A program made the position numbers and the translations under genes. From assembly GCA_047285535.1 (NCBI GenBank), contig JBJBDC010000001.1, positions 2,528,136 through 2,592,135 on the forward strand: DNA of 64,000 bases, read 5' to 3'. Origin of the DNA: Synechococcus sp. GTDB lineage: Bacteria > Cyanobacteriota > Cyanobacteriia > PCC-6307 > Cyanobiaceae. Under the pieces are notes generated by a model. It made no database searches. It saw only the letters and a list, made by a program, of their open reading frames with translations, and had not been told where the DNA came from. This document shows, one piece after another, positions 9,955 to 19,202 of the stretch. Numbering within the stretch: the stretch's first letter is position 1; each line of letters opens with the position of its first letter.

Positions 9955-11067
9955 ATGCTTCACTCCATAGCTCCGATCACCGATCGCCGCATTCGTATCG
10001 CCCTTGTGGGTTGCGGGCGGATCAGTCGTAATCACATCAAGGCGATCGCCGCACATCACGAGCGAGCTGTGTTGGTGGCAATCTGCGATATTCAGGTTGA
10101 GCGGCTGAATGAAGTCCAGCAACTGGTCAGCGAAATAGCAACTGATTATCCTGGCGCTGCTACCAATCCGGCCCAGTTCAGCACTTATGATGAGCTCTTG
10201 GGGGCAGCTGAGGTTCAATCCACCCCAGTGGATCTCGTGGTGCTGGCCACCCCCAGCGGTTTGCATCCCGGTCAGGTGATCGCGGCAGCTGAGGCTGGGC
10301 TGCATGTGTGCACAGAAAAGCCGATGGCTACTCGCTGGGCTGATGGGGTGGCGATGGTGAAGGCCTGTGATCAGGCGGGGGTGCATTTGTTTGTGGTGAA
10401 GCAAAATCGATTCAACAGCACCCTTCAACTGGTGAAGCGGCAGCTGCAGGCGGGACGCTTTGGGAAGTTGGCGATGGTTGCGGTAAATGTGTTCTGGCAG
10501 CGCCCGCAGAGCTACTACAACCAAGACAGCTGGCGCGGCACTTGGGAATTCGACGGAGGTGCGCTGATGAACCAGGCCAGTCACTACGTGGACCTACTTG
10601 ATTGGCTGGTGGGGCCAGTGGAAAGCATCAGCGCATCGATTGCCACGTTAGGCCGGGCGATTGAGGTGGAGGACACTGCTGCGCTGCAGCTGCGTTGGCG
10701 TAATGGCGCTTTGGGCACCATGGCCGTGACGATGCTCACGTATCCCAAGAATCTGGAGGGCTCGATCACCTTGCTTGGTGAAAGCGGAACGGTGAAGATC
10801 GGTGGGCCGGCTGTAAACCAAATCGAGCATTGGGCATTTGCTGATGAAAGCCCAGACGACAACAAGGTAGAACAGGCGAGTTATGCCACCACCAGCGTGT
10901 ATGGCTTTGGCCATCCGCCTTACTACGCCAATGTGCTTGATGCCCTTCAGGGCCGTGCCGATCCGTTGTGTGACGGTCGTGAAGGTCTGCGCAGTCTGGA
11001 GCTTCTTATCGGGGCCTACCGCTCAGCCCGCGACGGCCACATGGTGCATCTGCCATTGGAGTTCTGA
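9955..11067 (+). CDS. wbpB: Gfo/Idh/MocA oxidoreductase, UDP-GlcNAcA 3-dehydrogenase (WbpB/WlbA type)
   Basis: RIALVGCGRIS, TPSGLH, EKPMATRW, VVKQNR, WRGTWEFDGGALMNQASHYVD, TSVYGFGH. ATG at 9955. Confidence 0.85.
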   Translation: MLHSIAPITDRRIRIALVGCGRISRNHIKAIAAHHERAVLVAICDIQVERLNEVQQLVSEIATDYPGAATNPAQFSTYDELLGAAEVQSTPVDLVVLATPSGLHPGQVIAAAEAGLHVCTEKPMATRWADGVAMVKACDQAGVHLFVVKQNRFNSTLQLVKRQLQAGRFGKLAMVAVNVFWQRPQSYYNQDSWRGTWEFDGGALMNQASHYVDLLDWLVGPVESISASIATLGRAIEVEDTAALQLRWRNGALGTMAVTMLTYPKNLEGSITLLGESGTVKIGGPAVNQIEHWAFADESPDDNKVEQASYATTSVYGFGHPPYYANVLDALQGRADPLCDGREGLRSLELLIGAYRSARDGHMVHLPLEF

Positions 11068-12870
11068 GTGACCAGCGAACATCATTCCACCCGCAGCCTC
11101 CTTCTGAGCCTCTGGGGTCACTTCAGCCGCCGCCGTCGCATCCAGCTGAGCTTGCTCCTGCTGGTAATGCTCGCCAGTGGTGTGGCAGAGGTGGTGTCTC
11201 TGGGTGCGGTGCTGCCCTTTCTTGCTGTGCTCAGCGATCCGGAGCCTCTCTGGAAGCAACCGTTAGTACAGAATCTTTCGGCTCTGCTGGGTTTCACGTC
11301 GGCTAACCAGCTACTGCTGCCGGCAACGCTGGCGTTTGCGACGGCGGCTGTTTTGGCTGCGATGATTCGGCTGGCAAACCTTTGGCTGAACGGCCGCCTG
11401 GCGGCGGCTGTGGGCTCAGACTTGAGCTGTGAGGCTTACCGTCGCACGCTCTATCAGTCCTATGGCGTGCATGTGCAGCGCAACAGCGCATCGGTGATCA
11501 CTGGCATCACCTACCAGATCGATCAAACAGCGGCGGCTCTCAATACCCTTCTTCAGCTTCTCACTTCCACCGTTGTGGCGGTTGGCTTGCTTACGGGTTT
11601 GCTGTTGATAGATGCTCCGGTCGCTGTGGCTGCTGCGGTTCTGTTTGGCACTGCCTATGCGGCGTTGGCGATCACCTCTCGGCGAGAGCTTCGAATTAAT
11701 GGTCAAAAAATAGCTATGTCATCGACCTTGCGGCTCAAAGCGCTGCAGGAGGGACTTGGCGCCATTCGTGATGTTCTGCTTGATGGCAGCCAACCCACTT
11801 ATCTGCAGATCTACCGGCAAGCGGATCGCCCCCAACGCCAACTTGCAGCCACAAACTCCTTCATTGGAACTTTTCCGCGCTACTCGATCGAGGCTTTGGG
11901 CATGGTGGCAATTGCACTTCTCGGAGGGATGCTGGTGGTGCAACGGGGCAGCGGCACTGCCGTGATTCCTTTGTTGGGCGCACTGGCCTTAGGTGCGCAA
12001 CGCTTGCTGCCTGCCTTGCAGCAAATTTACGCCGGCTGGGCCTCTTTGAAGGGCTTCAACGCTGCGATCCAAGCTGTGCTGGATATGCTCAATCAACCCC
12101 TACCGCCTCAAGTGAGCGTGGCCGAGCCACTGCAGTTGCGCGAGGGCATCCGCCTGGTAGGGGTCCACTTCCGCTATGTCCAGGAGCAAGCGGATGTTCT
12201 GCAAGGTCTGGATTTAGAGATTCGTCGCGGCGAACGCATCGGCCTCATTGGCAGTACCGGGAGTGGCAAGAGCACCTTGGTGGACCTATTGATGGGCCTT
12301 CTACAGCCAACAGCAGGGTGCTTGTTCGTTGATGAGACTGATCTCCATGATCCGGAGCATCCTGAGAGGCTAGCGGAATGGAGGGCAGCGATTGCCCATG
12401 TACCCCAAAGCATCTACCTGGCCGATAGCTCGATCGCCGAAAACATTGCGTTTGGGATTCCCAAGAAACTGATCGATTTTGACAGGGTGCGTTCGGTAGC
12501 CAGACAGGCTCAGATCGCTGGTTATATTGAAAGCACCCCCCAGGGATATGACACCAATGCAGGTGAGCGGGGCGTGAGGTTAAGTGGTGGTCAGCGGCAG
12601 AGGATCGGTATTGCCCGTGCGCTTTATAAACAAGCAAGCATGATAGTTCTCGATGAGGCAACCAGTGCATTGGATACGACCACTGAGGAGGAAGTGATGA
12701 AGGCCCTTGAAGGTCTTAGCCGAGAGCTCACCATTGTGATGATTGCCCACAGGCTGAGCACTCTGGCTCGTTGTGACCGAGTGTTTGAGTTGTCTCCAAA
12801 ATCACCAATTCGGATCACAACACCAGCCGAACTGTTCAATCCTAAATCCAACAACGCCGCCATTACCTGA
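11068..12870 (+). CDS. ABC exporter, permease + ATPase (MsbA/PglK-like, candidate lipid-linked glycan flippase)
   Basis: Hydrophobic N-terminal half; Walker A GSTGSGKST, signature LSGGQRQR, Walker B IVLDEATSALD, H-loop IAHRL. Confidence 0.88.
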   Translation: MTSEHHSTRSLLLSLWGHFSRRRRIQLSLLLLVMLASGVAEVVSLGAVLPFLAVLSDPEPLWKQPLVQNLSALLGFTSANQLLLPATLAFATAAVLAAMIRLANLWLNGRLAAAVGSDLSCEAYRRTLYQSYGVHVQRNSASVITGITYQIDQTAAALNTLLQLLTSTVVAVGLLTGLLLIDAPVAVAAAVLFGTAYAALAITSRRELRINGQKIAMSSTLRLKALQEGLGAIRDVLLDGSQPTYLQIYRQADRPQRQLAATNSFIGTFPRYSIEALGMVAIALLGGMLVVQRGSGTAVIPLLGALALGAQRLLPALQQIYAGWASLKGFNAAIQAVLDMLNQPLPPQVSVAEPLQLREGIRLVGVHFRYVQEQADVLQGLDLEIRRGERIGLIGSTGSGKSTLVDLLMGLLQPTAGCLFVDETDLHDPEHPERLAEWRAAIAHVPQSIYLADSSIAENIAFGIPKKLIDFDRVRSVARQAQIAGYIESTPQGYDTNAGERGVRLSGGQRQRIGIARALYKQASMIVLDEATSALDTTTEEEVMKALEGLSRELTIVMIAHRLSTLARCDRVFELSPKSPIRITTPAELFNPKSNNAAIT

Positions 12871-12872
12871 AC

Positions 12873-13643
12873 ATGAAAGCCGTTATCCTCGCCGGAGGAT
12901 TGGGTACTCGTCTTTCAGAAGAAACCCACCTAAAGCCCAAGCCGATGGTGGAGGTGGGCGGAAGACCAATTCTCTGGCACATTCTTAAGATTTACAGCCA
13001 CTTCGGGATTAACGACTTCGTGATCTGCTGCGGTTACAAGGGCTATCTGATCAAGGAGTATTTCGCTAATTACTTCCTGCATAACAGTGATGTCACCTTT
13101 CATATGGATATCGACAATCACATGGAGATTCACCAGCGTAAAAATGAGCCCTGGAAGGTGACACTGGTTGATACGGGTGATGCAAGTCAAACCGGCGGCC
13201 GCTTAGGTCGAGTCCGGGAATATCTCCATGACGGCAGTTTTTGCTTCACCTATGGGGACGGAGTGGCGGATGTGGATATCGGCGCCTTGATCAACCATCA
13301 CCGCCGAGAAGGTCGTGAGGCCACTCTCACTGCTGTTCAGCCCCCAGGTCGTTATGGAGCTCTGCACCTCGAGGGAGATGCAGTGAATCATTTCCAGGAG
13401 AAGCCCGATGGAGATCATGCCTGGATCAATGGTGGTTTCTTTGTTCTAGAGCCAAGTGTCTTGGATCGCATCGCTGAGGATCAGACCAGCTTTGAGTCCG
13501 ATGTCTTGCCTCAGTTGGCGGCTGATGGTCAGTTAAACGCCTACAAGCATCAAGGCTTTTGGCAGCCAATGGACACTCTCCGGGATCGAACCAGGCTCGA
13601 GGAGATGTGGGCTTCCGATCAAGCTCCCTGGAAGATGTGGTGA
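12873..13643 (+). CDS. rfbF: Glucose-1-phosphate cytidylyltransferase
   Basis: MKAVILAGGLGTRLSEET..KPKPMVE, CCGYKG..IKEYF, TYGDGV, FWQPMDTLRD, APWK.W. Confidence 0.95.
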   Translation: MKAVILAGGLGTRLSEETHLKPKPMVEVGGRPILWHILKIYSHFGINDFVICCGYKGYLIKEYFANYFLHNSDVTFHMDIDNHMEIHQRKNEPWKVTLVDTGDASQTGGRLGRVREYLHDGSFCFTYGDGVADVDIGALINHHRREGREATLTAVQPPGRYGALHLEGDAVNHFQEKPDGDHAWINGGFFVLEPSVLDRIAEDQTSFESDVLPQLAADGQLNAYKHQGFWQPMDTLRDRTRLEEMWASDQAPWKMW

Positions 13644-14728
13644 GACTAATTCCCTCGTTTTGGGCCGGCAGGCGTGTGCTGCTTACCGGTCACACAGGTT
13701 TCAAGGGCAGCTGGCTGTCCCTTTGGCTAACGAGGCTTGGAGCTGAGGTGTGGGGCTATGCCCTTAAGCCTGAGGGGGATCGTTCGTTATTTAACGATTT
13801 GGCTCTGTCGCAGGCATCGGGACAATTGCACCACCATCTGGGTGATCTTGGCGATTTCCAAGCGCTGCAGGAAGTCATTCAGCAATCGCAGCCTCAAGTT
13901 GTCTTCCACCTTGCAGCCCAGCCGCTAGTGCGTCGCAGCTACCGCGATCCCCTGGGCACATGGTCCACCAATGTCCAGGGAAGCCTCCATTTGTTGGAGG
14001 CCCTCAAGCCCCTTCAGCACCCCTGCGTCGTGGTGATGGTGACGACCGACAAGGTGTACGCCAACCGCGAATGGGACTACGGGTATCGGGAGGAGGATCG
14101 TCTCGGTGGCCATGACCCCTACAGCGCAAGCAAAGCCGCCGCGGAGTTGGCGATCGCCAGTTGGCGAGAAAGCTTCTGCGGGCCTGGCACTCACCAGACG
14201 ACTCATCTCGCGATCGCCACAGCCAGGGCCGGCAACGTGATCGGTGGTGGTGACTGGGCAGAGGAACGGATTGTTCCCGATGCTATGCGTGCGCTTGCTG
14301 CTGGTGAGCCGATTCCTGTGCGAAGCCCTGAGGCCACACGGCCTTGGCAGCACGTGCTTGAACCGCTCGGCGGCTACCTGCTGTTGGCTGAGACGATGGC
14401 AACGCAAGGACAGGCTTATTCCAGCGCTTTCAACTTCGGGCCTGCGCTGGAGGCGAATCGCAGCGTGCGCGAGTTGGTGGAAGCTTCCCTGGCTCACTGG
14501 CCTGGCAGCTGGAGGGATCTATCTGATCCCAAATCACCTCATGAGGCAAGTCGTCTGCACCTACAGATTGATAAGGCCCATCATCAATTGGGTTGGCAGC
14601 CCCGCTGGCTCTTTAATACAACAATTGAGCGCACAGTGTCTTGGTACCATTCTGTATACCAAGGAGCTAACTCTCTTGAGTGCTGCCTTGAAGATATTAA
14701 AGTCTATGAAAGCAATATAATATTCTAA
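13637..14728 (+). CDS. rfbG: CDP-glucose 4,6-dehydratase
   Basis: FW.GRRVLLTGHTGFKGSWL, HLAAQPLVR.SY, TTDKVY, DPYSASKA, RAGNVIGGGDW, RPWQHVLEPL. The GTG start overlaps the rfbF stop. Confidence 0.93.
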   Translation: MVRLIPSFWAGRRVLLTGHTGFKGSWLSLWLTRLGAEVWGYALKPEGDRSLFNDLALSQASGQLHHHLGDLGDFQALQEVIQQSQPQVVFHLAAQPLVRRSYRDPLGTWSTNVQGSLHLLEALKPLQHPCVVVMVTTDKVYANREWDYGYREEDRLGGHDPYSASKAAAELAIASWRESFCGPGTHQTTHLAIATARAGNVIGGGDWAEERIVPDAMRALAAGEPIPVRSPEATRPWQHVLEPLGGYLLLAETMATQGQAYSSAFNFGPALEANRSVRELVEASLAHWPGSWRDLSDPKSPHEASRLHLQIDKAHHQLGWQPRWLFNTTIERTVSWYHSVYQGANSLECCLEDIKVYESNIIF

Positions 14729-15136
14729 CTGTTCATGATTTTTTCAGTGATTGTAAAAGCATTGAATATTCCTTGCAGATAAAACATTTGCAAGTGCTTC
14801 ACTATGTGACAATTTCTTTGTCGTTCGCAAATTTCGCTCTTTTGCTCAAGATGCGTAAAGTAAAATATTATTTCGTTTTTATTTTAGCTAATTCAGTTGC
14901 TAAAAACGTTTGGATTCTGGTGTTCCGCCCCATTCTGGCTTGCTAAGCCCTCCCGCTGTAGGAAACCTCTAGAAATCAACTGTTCATGCCGATCCAGATT
15001 AATTTCTCTTTTTGGCCAACTGATTTTAGAGGTGTTAAGCAACAAGGCTTGGATGTGTTTTCTTCAAGTGGGAAAAGAAGTATTTGCGTATAAAGATGAT
15101 TATTGACTCATTGCTTCTTCCTGCATTTGCTTACGT

Positions 15137-16687
15137 ATGATATTTACTACGCGGTCTTTTTTAATATTCTTCACGGGTTTTCTGGCTCTTTATTTCTCTA
15201 TTCTTGCAACCGCGCGCCATCGCAAGGATAAAAATGCTGTCAATAAGTTAAATCTATTGACTCTTGCTTCAAGTTTCGTGTTTTATGGATGGAGTCAACC
15301 TCAGTATATATTGCTATTATTAGTTTCTGGCGCAGTAGACTTTTTTGCGGCAAAGTCGATATCATGCACGAACTCAATTTTTAGAAAAAAAATATACCTT
15401 AGTTTGTCTATAGCATGCAACCTGGGAATTTTGTTTACATTCAAATACTCAGATTTTGCGTTGAGTACCTTGCAAGACTTTTTCGATAATACTTTTATTG
15501 GTATGTTTTTACCAAGTACTGTAAGCTCAATAAGGTTTGAAGAATTTTCGATATTCAAAAATGTAATTTTGCCAGCTGGAATCAGTTTTTACACGTTTCA
15601 GAGCATGAGCTACACAATTGATGTCTACCGAGGATTGCTTGTCCCAACAGGAAACTTCTTCAAATTTATGACATATTTGTCTTTTTTTCCTCAATTAGTC
15701 GCAGGCCCTATAGAGCGCGCAGCAGCTCTTCTTCCACAGTTTGATTATATTAAAAAATTTAAAACAGAGTCTGCGATTAGTGGCTTCCAATTAATTGCCT
15801 GGGGCGTATTTAAAAAATTAGTTATCGCTGATAATATAGGAAAAATCGTAGATCAAGTTTATACAAACTACGTTCCAGGTTCTGGAAGTTTTTACAAAAC
15901 TCTTTTAGCTGGAGCTGGCTTCGGGATACAAATATACATGGACTTCAGCGCTTACTCTGAAATTGCGGTGGGGTTAGCATTAATTCTTGGTTTTAATATA
16001 ATGGTGAACTTTAAACAGCCTTACATGAGAGCAAATATTCGTGAATTCTGGAGAAGTTGGAATATCTCCCTCTCTCAATGGTTTCGAGATTACATATACT
16101 TTCCATTGTCGACAAGGCTAGAAAATCTCAAATTGCGCAGAGAATTGATTCAGACTTCTGGAGTTCTATCAGTCTTTGCGATATCTGGTTTGTGGCATGG
16201 TTCTGGCTATACCTTCATTATTTGGGGGTTAATCAATGGGCTGGCTTACATTGTTTCGGTGCCGCTTTCCGTTTACAAACTAGATATATGGGATAAGATC
16301 TGGCCTTTATCCATTTTCTATGGGGGAATCAAGCATTTTTTCACACTAATCGTTGTATGTATATCTTGGATCTACTTTAGAAGCACCTCTATCAACCAGG
16401 CAAATTCAATAATTGCTGATTCTACAAAACTGTCTTTTAGCCATTTAAATGAAGCCAAGTCGTTGTTAGGCTCTGTTTTGCCTCTTCAAGATCTGTTGGG
16501 AGTAGTCGCAGCACTTATTATAGTATTCACTGTAGAATTCATAATCAAAGACAGGGCACACGCCATGACAATATTTGACATTCAGAAAAATCCTTATACC
16601 AAGTTAATTACTTTTCTAATTTTATTTTTTGCGATACAGGCTTATGGTTCAACAACAGACGCCGCCTTTATTTACTTTAATTTTTAA
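15137..16687 (+). CDS. MBOAT family O-acyltransferase (AlgI/PatA/DltB-like)
   Basis: LPAGISFYTFQSMSY.IDVYRG, FFPQLVAGPIER, QIYMDFSAYS, NF.QPY, EFWRSWNISLS.WFRDYIY, SGLWHG, C-terminal FIYFNF; AT-rich. Confidence 0.92.
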   Translation: MIFTTRSFLIFFTGFLALYFSILATARHRKDKNAVNKLNLLTLASSFVFYGWSQPQYILLLLVSGAVDFFAAKSISCTNSIFRKKIYLSLSIACNLGILFTFKYSDFALSTLQDFFDNTFIGMFLPSTVSSIRFEEFSIFKNVILPAGISFYTFQSMSYTIDVYRGLLVPTGNFFKFMTYLSFFPQLVAGPIERAAALLPQFDYIKKFKTESAISGFQLIAWGVFKKLVIADNIGKIVDQVYTNYVPGSGSFYKTLLAGAGFGIQIYMDFSAYSEIAVGLALILGFNIMVNFKQPYMRANIREFWRSWNISLSQWFRDYIYFPLSTRLENLKLRRELIQTSGVLSVFAISGLWHGSGYTFIIWGLINGLAYIVSVPLSVYKLDIWDKIWPLSIFYGGIKHFFTLIVVCISWIYFRSTSINQANSIIADSTKLSFSHLNEAKSLLGSVLPLQDLLGVVAALIIVFTVEFIIKDRAHAMTIFDIQKNPYTKLITFLILFFAIQAYGSTTDAAFIYFNF

Positions 16688-16700
16688 TTAGAGCGTAACC

Positions 16701-17726
16701 ATGCCAGCTACTTTTCAAATTAGAAATATTATAGAGATAAGGAAATTTGTTTGTTTAGTATCGCGAATAGCTATCCTTGTTTTAGTTTTAGATCAAATTT
16801 TTAGGGTATTTAGTCAGGAGCCTCATAGTATTATGATTGAAAGGCATAAGCATGAAGATATTTTAAAGGACAAATTGATCAGCAAGGAGTATCGAGATGT
16901 TTATTATCTTGGCTCTTCAATGACCGAGTCAGGTATCAATCCCCAATATGTAAATATTGGTCTTTCTCAATGGAATGCCGCCATTTCTGGCCGCAGTAAC
17001 ATTCAATGGCAACTTGATATTATCGATTATATTGCAAAGCACAAGCTTGCCAAGCATATTGTTTACGGTATTGAAGTTTTTAGTTTTCCTGGAAATGGCC
17101 AAAATAGTTTAATTAAGCCTTTGCCGGAGTCTGTGCTATTCCCGTTTCTGCAGTCAAGTAAATACTCTGAAGATTTCAAGCTATATCTATACCAAAGTCT
17201 TCGCTCTCTTCGTATTCAAGAATTTCCGGCTTTTGTAAAAGCTGATAATCCACTGCCTCCGGAGCGGACAATCAATTGTTGTCGACAAGAACTTGTTGAT
17301 GAGACAGGTTGGCTCAATACCTACGATACATTAGCTAATCCCACATGGATTCATGACTCGAGTTTGAGATACCGTCAGCCTAGCGAGATTATTTCACGGA
17401 GAATAATTGGAACTTATGAAAAACTTGAAGAAGCCAATATTAGCCTAACCTATCTTATTCTTCCTGGCTTTTTGGGCTATGGCGATGAAGAGTCTAGGGC
17501 AAATCAGATTAAAGCATACGATCAATTAATCAATTACCTTGAGTCTCTTAACGAGAATAAGTTTGGTTTTTCAGCATCTGTCCTTGATGGACGTTTTTTC
17601 GCTCCTGAACTGGTCGACAATCATTCTTATTATTTTGATAGCGTTCATCTGAATGCAAAGGGTTCTGAGATTTACTCAAAGTGGCTGTCGAAAAAATTGA
17701 TTCAGAGATTTTCTGCAGTCCCGTAA
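16701..17726 (+). CDS. SGNH-like partner of the MBOAT (AlgJ/DltD-like), membrane-anchored
   Basis: Single N-terminal hydrophobic segment, block I YLGSSM, C-terminal DSVHLNAKG (DxxH); directly downstream of the MBOAT gene. Confidence 0.7.
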   Translation: MPATFQIRNIIEIRKFVCLVSRIAILVLVLDQIFRVFSQEPHSIMIERHKHEDILKDKLISKEYRDVYYLGSSMTESGINPQYVNIGLSQWNAAISGRSNIQWQLDIIDYIAKHKLAKHIVYGIEVFSFPGNGQNSLIKPLPESVLFPFLQSSKYSEDFKLYLYQSLRSLRIQEFPAFVKADNPLPPERTINCCRQELVDETGWLNTYDTLANPTWIHDSSLRYRQPSEIISRRIIGTYEKLEEANISLTYLILPGFLGYGDEESRANQIKAYDQLINYLESLNENKFGFSASVLDGRFFAPELVDNHSYYFDSVHLNAKGSEIYSKWLSKKLIQRFSAVP

Positions 17727-17859
17727 GCTAGCCTGAAGGTCATGATAAATGCCAGGGTAAATCTTATTTCCCGCCATTTTTTGGTTTACTAATTCTTTAA
17801 ATAAATTATGAACACGCCTCCCAAAATCAATTAAAATCATCAGTCTCCAGTTGCCGACT

Positions 17860-18630
17860 CATGCGCGCACCTTCTCTTTGTTAGCCATGTGCTGATGGCC
17901 AACTTTTACGCTCTGATAGTTGATTTTAAGGTCACTTTGTCCATGAGCTTTGCTGGACGAGATGAAGTCAAAGTGATGGCAGCTGATTCTCTCGGTGCCT
18001 TTGGCAGCACACCTCGCTAGGGGGGTATGCCCAATCGATCGCGCTCGCCTCGGCGTCAAGAAGGTTGATGCTTTTAACAATTAGTGGGGTGGCCTGCATC
18101 AGTTGAAAACGAGCGGCATTGCAAAGTTGAGTAAGCGGTTTGGCCTACCCAATATTTCTTGCCAATTGCAGTGCTAACATCCTCAAAAGCTCCCTAAATA
18201 AATCTAATCCGGCTTCTTTCTTTGCAGGTACGCTGTTAGCTGAAATCATCTTGACTATTTAAATTCGCTATCTGCGGTGGTCTTCCGTCAATTCTTAAAT
18301 AATTGTTGTACTCCTCAATCCCTAGGCTCATTCTGCTTCCGTGCTGATTGCGAGGTCTCGTATTCCCGCTTTCATTAATGTCAGTTTGCAATTAGAGGTG
18401 AATGCATCGTCTTGCCATCACGACGGAGCATCGCTGTTTGTGAGCGCAGGATTGAGAACTCAGGCGAGTGTCAGTTATTACTGATGCAAGCCTAGTCGTC
18501 GATTTTGTTTGCGTTCCCCAGCGCGAGCTTTGCGGCTATCTTCATAAATGTAGAAATCGGAGGTGCGGTGGTAACAGAGCAACTTCTGCACAAACATTGT
18601 GCTGATTTCTTCTTCCTTAGGTATCTCTGA
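17860..18630 (+). pseudogene. Possible eroded NAD-dependent epimerase/reductase remnant
   Basis: A gene-sized gap with no credible ORF. Weak fragments: GHFVHEL and HLA-(frameshift)-GGMPN near 18010-18035. A TGA at 18628-18630 overlaps the rfbC ATG. Confidence 0.3.
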
Positions 18631-19202
18631 TGCCTGCTGAGCTAATCCGCACCCCAATCCATGGCGTTTTTGAGTTGAGAAGTCAGCCTTTCACTGATGC
18701 ACGTGGTGCCTTCCTCAATGGATTCCGGGCCCAGGATGAAGCCTTTGTGGAGGCCTGGGGTGATCGGAGTATTGCTCAAGTAAATCTCAGTCGTACTGAG
18801 GCTGTGGGCGCAATCCGTGGGATCCATCTCCAAGCACAGCCATACAGCGAGGCCAAGCTGGTGCGTTGCCTAAAGGGCAGGGTTTGGGATGTTGCGGTAG
18901 ACCTACGGCCTGACTCCACCACCAGTGGACAGTGGCAAGCCGTCGAACTCACTCCTGATCGTTGCAATGCCTTGCTCATCCCTGAGGGTTGTGCCCATGG
19001 CTTCCAGGTCTTGCAGTCGGACAGTGAGTTGCTTTACTTGCATTCCGGTGCTTGGGTGCCGGAGGTGGAAATGGGAGTGCGTTGGAACGACCCCCAGCTG
19101 GCGATTCCATGGCCCTTGCCTCCAACGGAGCTGAGCGAGCGCGACCGTAGCCTGCCCATGTTGTCTGGCATGCACTTCACCCCTGACGCTCCCTGCCCAT
19201 GA
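18630..19202 (+). CDS. rfbC: NDP-4-keto-6-deoxyhexose 3,5-epimerase (RmlC/RfbC cupin)
   Basis: DARGAF, QVNLS, G.IRGIH.Q, EAKLVRC..G.VWDVAVDLR, IPEGCAHGFQ.L, WNDP.LAI.WP. Confidence 0.9.
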   Translation: MPAELIRTPIHGVFELRSQPFTDARGAFLNGFRAQDEAFVEAWGDRSIAQVNLSRTEAVGAIRGIHLQAQPYSEAKLVRCLKGRVWDVAVDLRPDSTTSGQWQAVELTPDRCNALLIPEGCAHGFQVLQSDSELLYLHSGAWVPEVEMGVRWNDPQLAIPWPLPPTELSERDRSLPMLSGMHFTPDAPCP

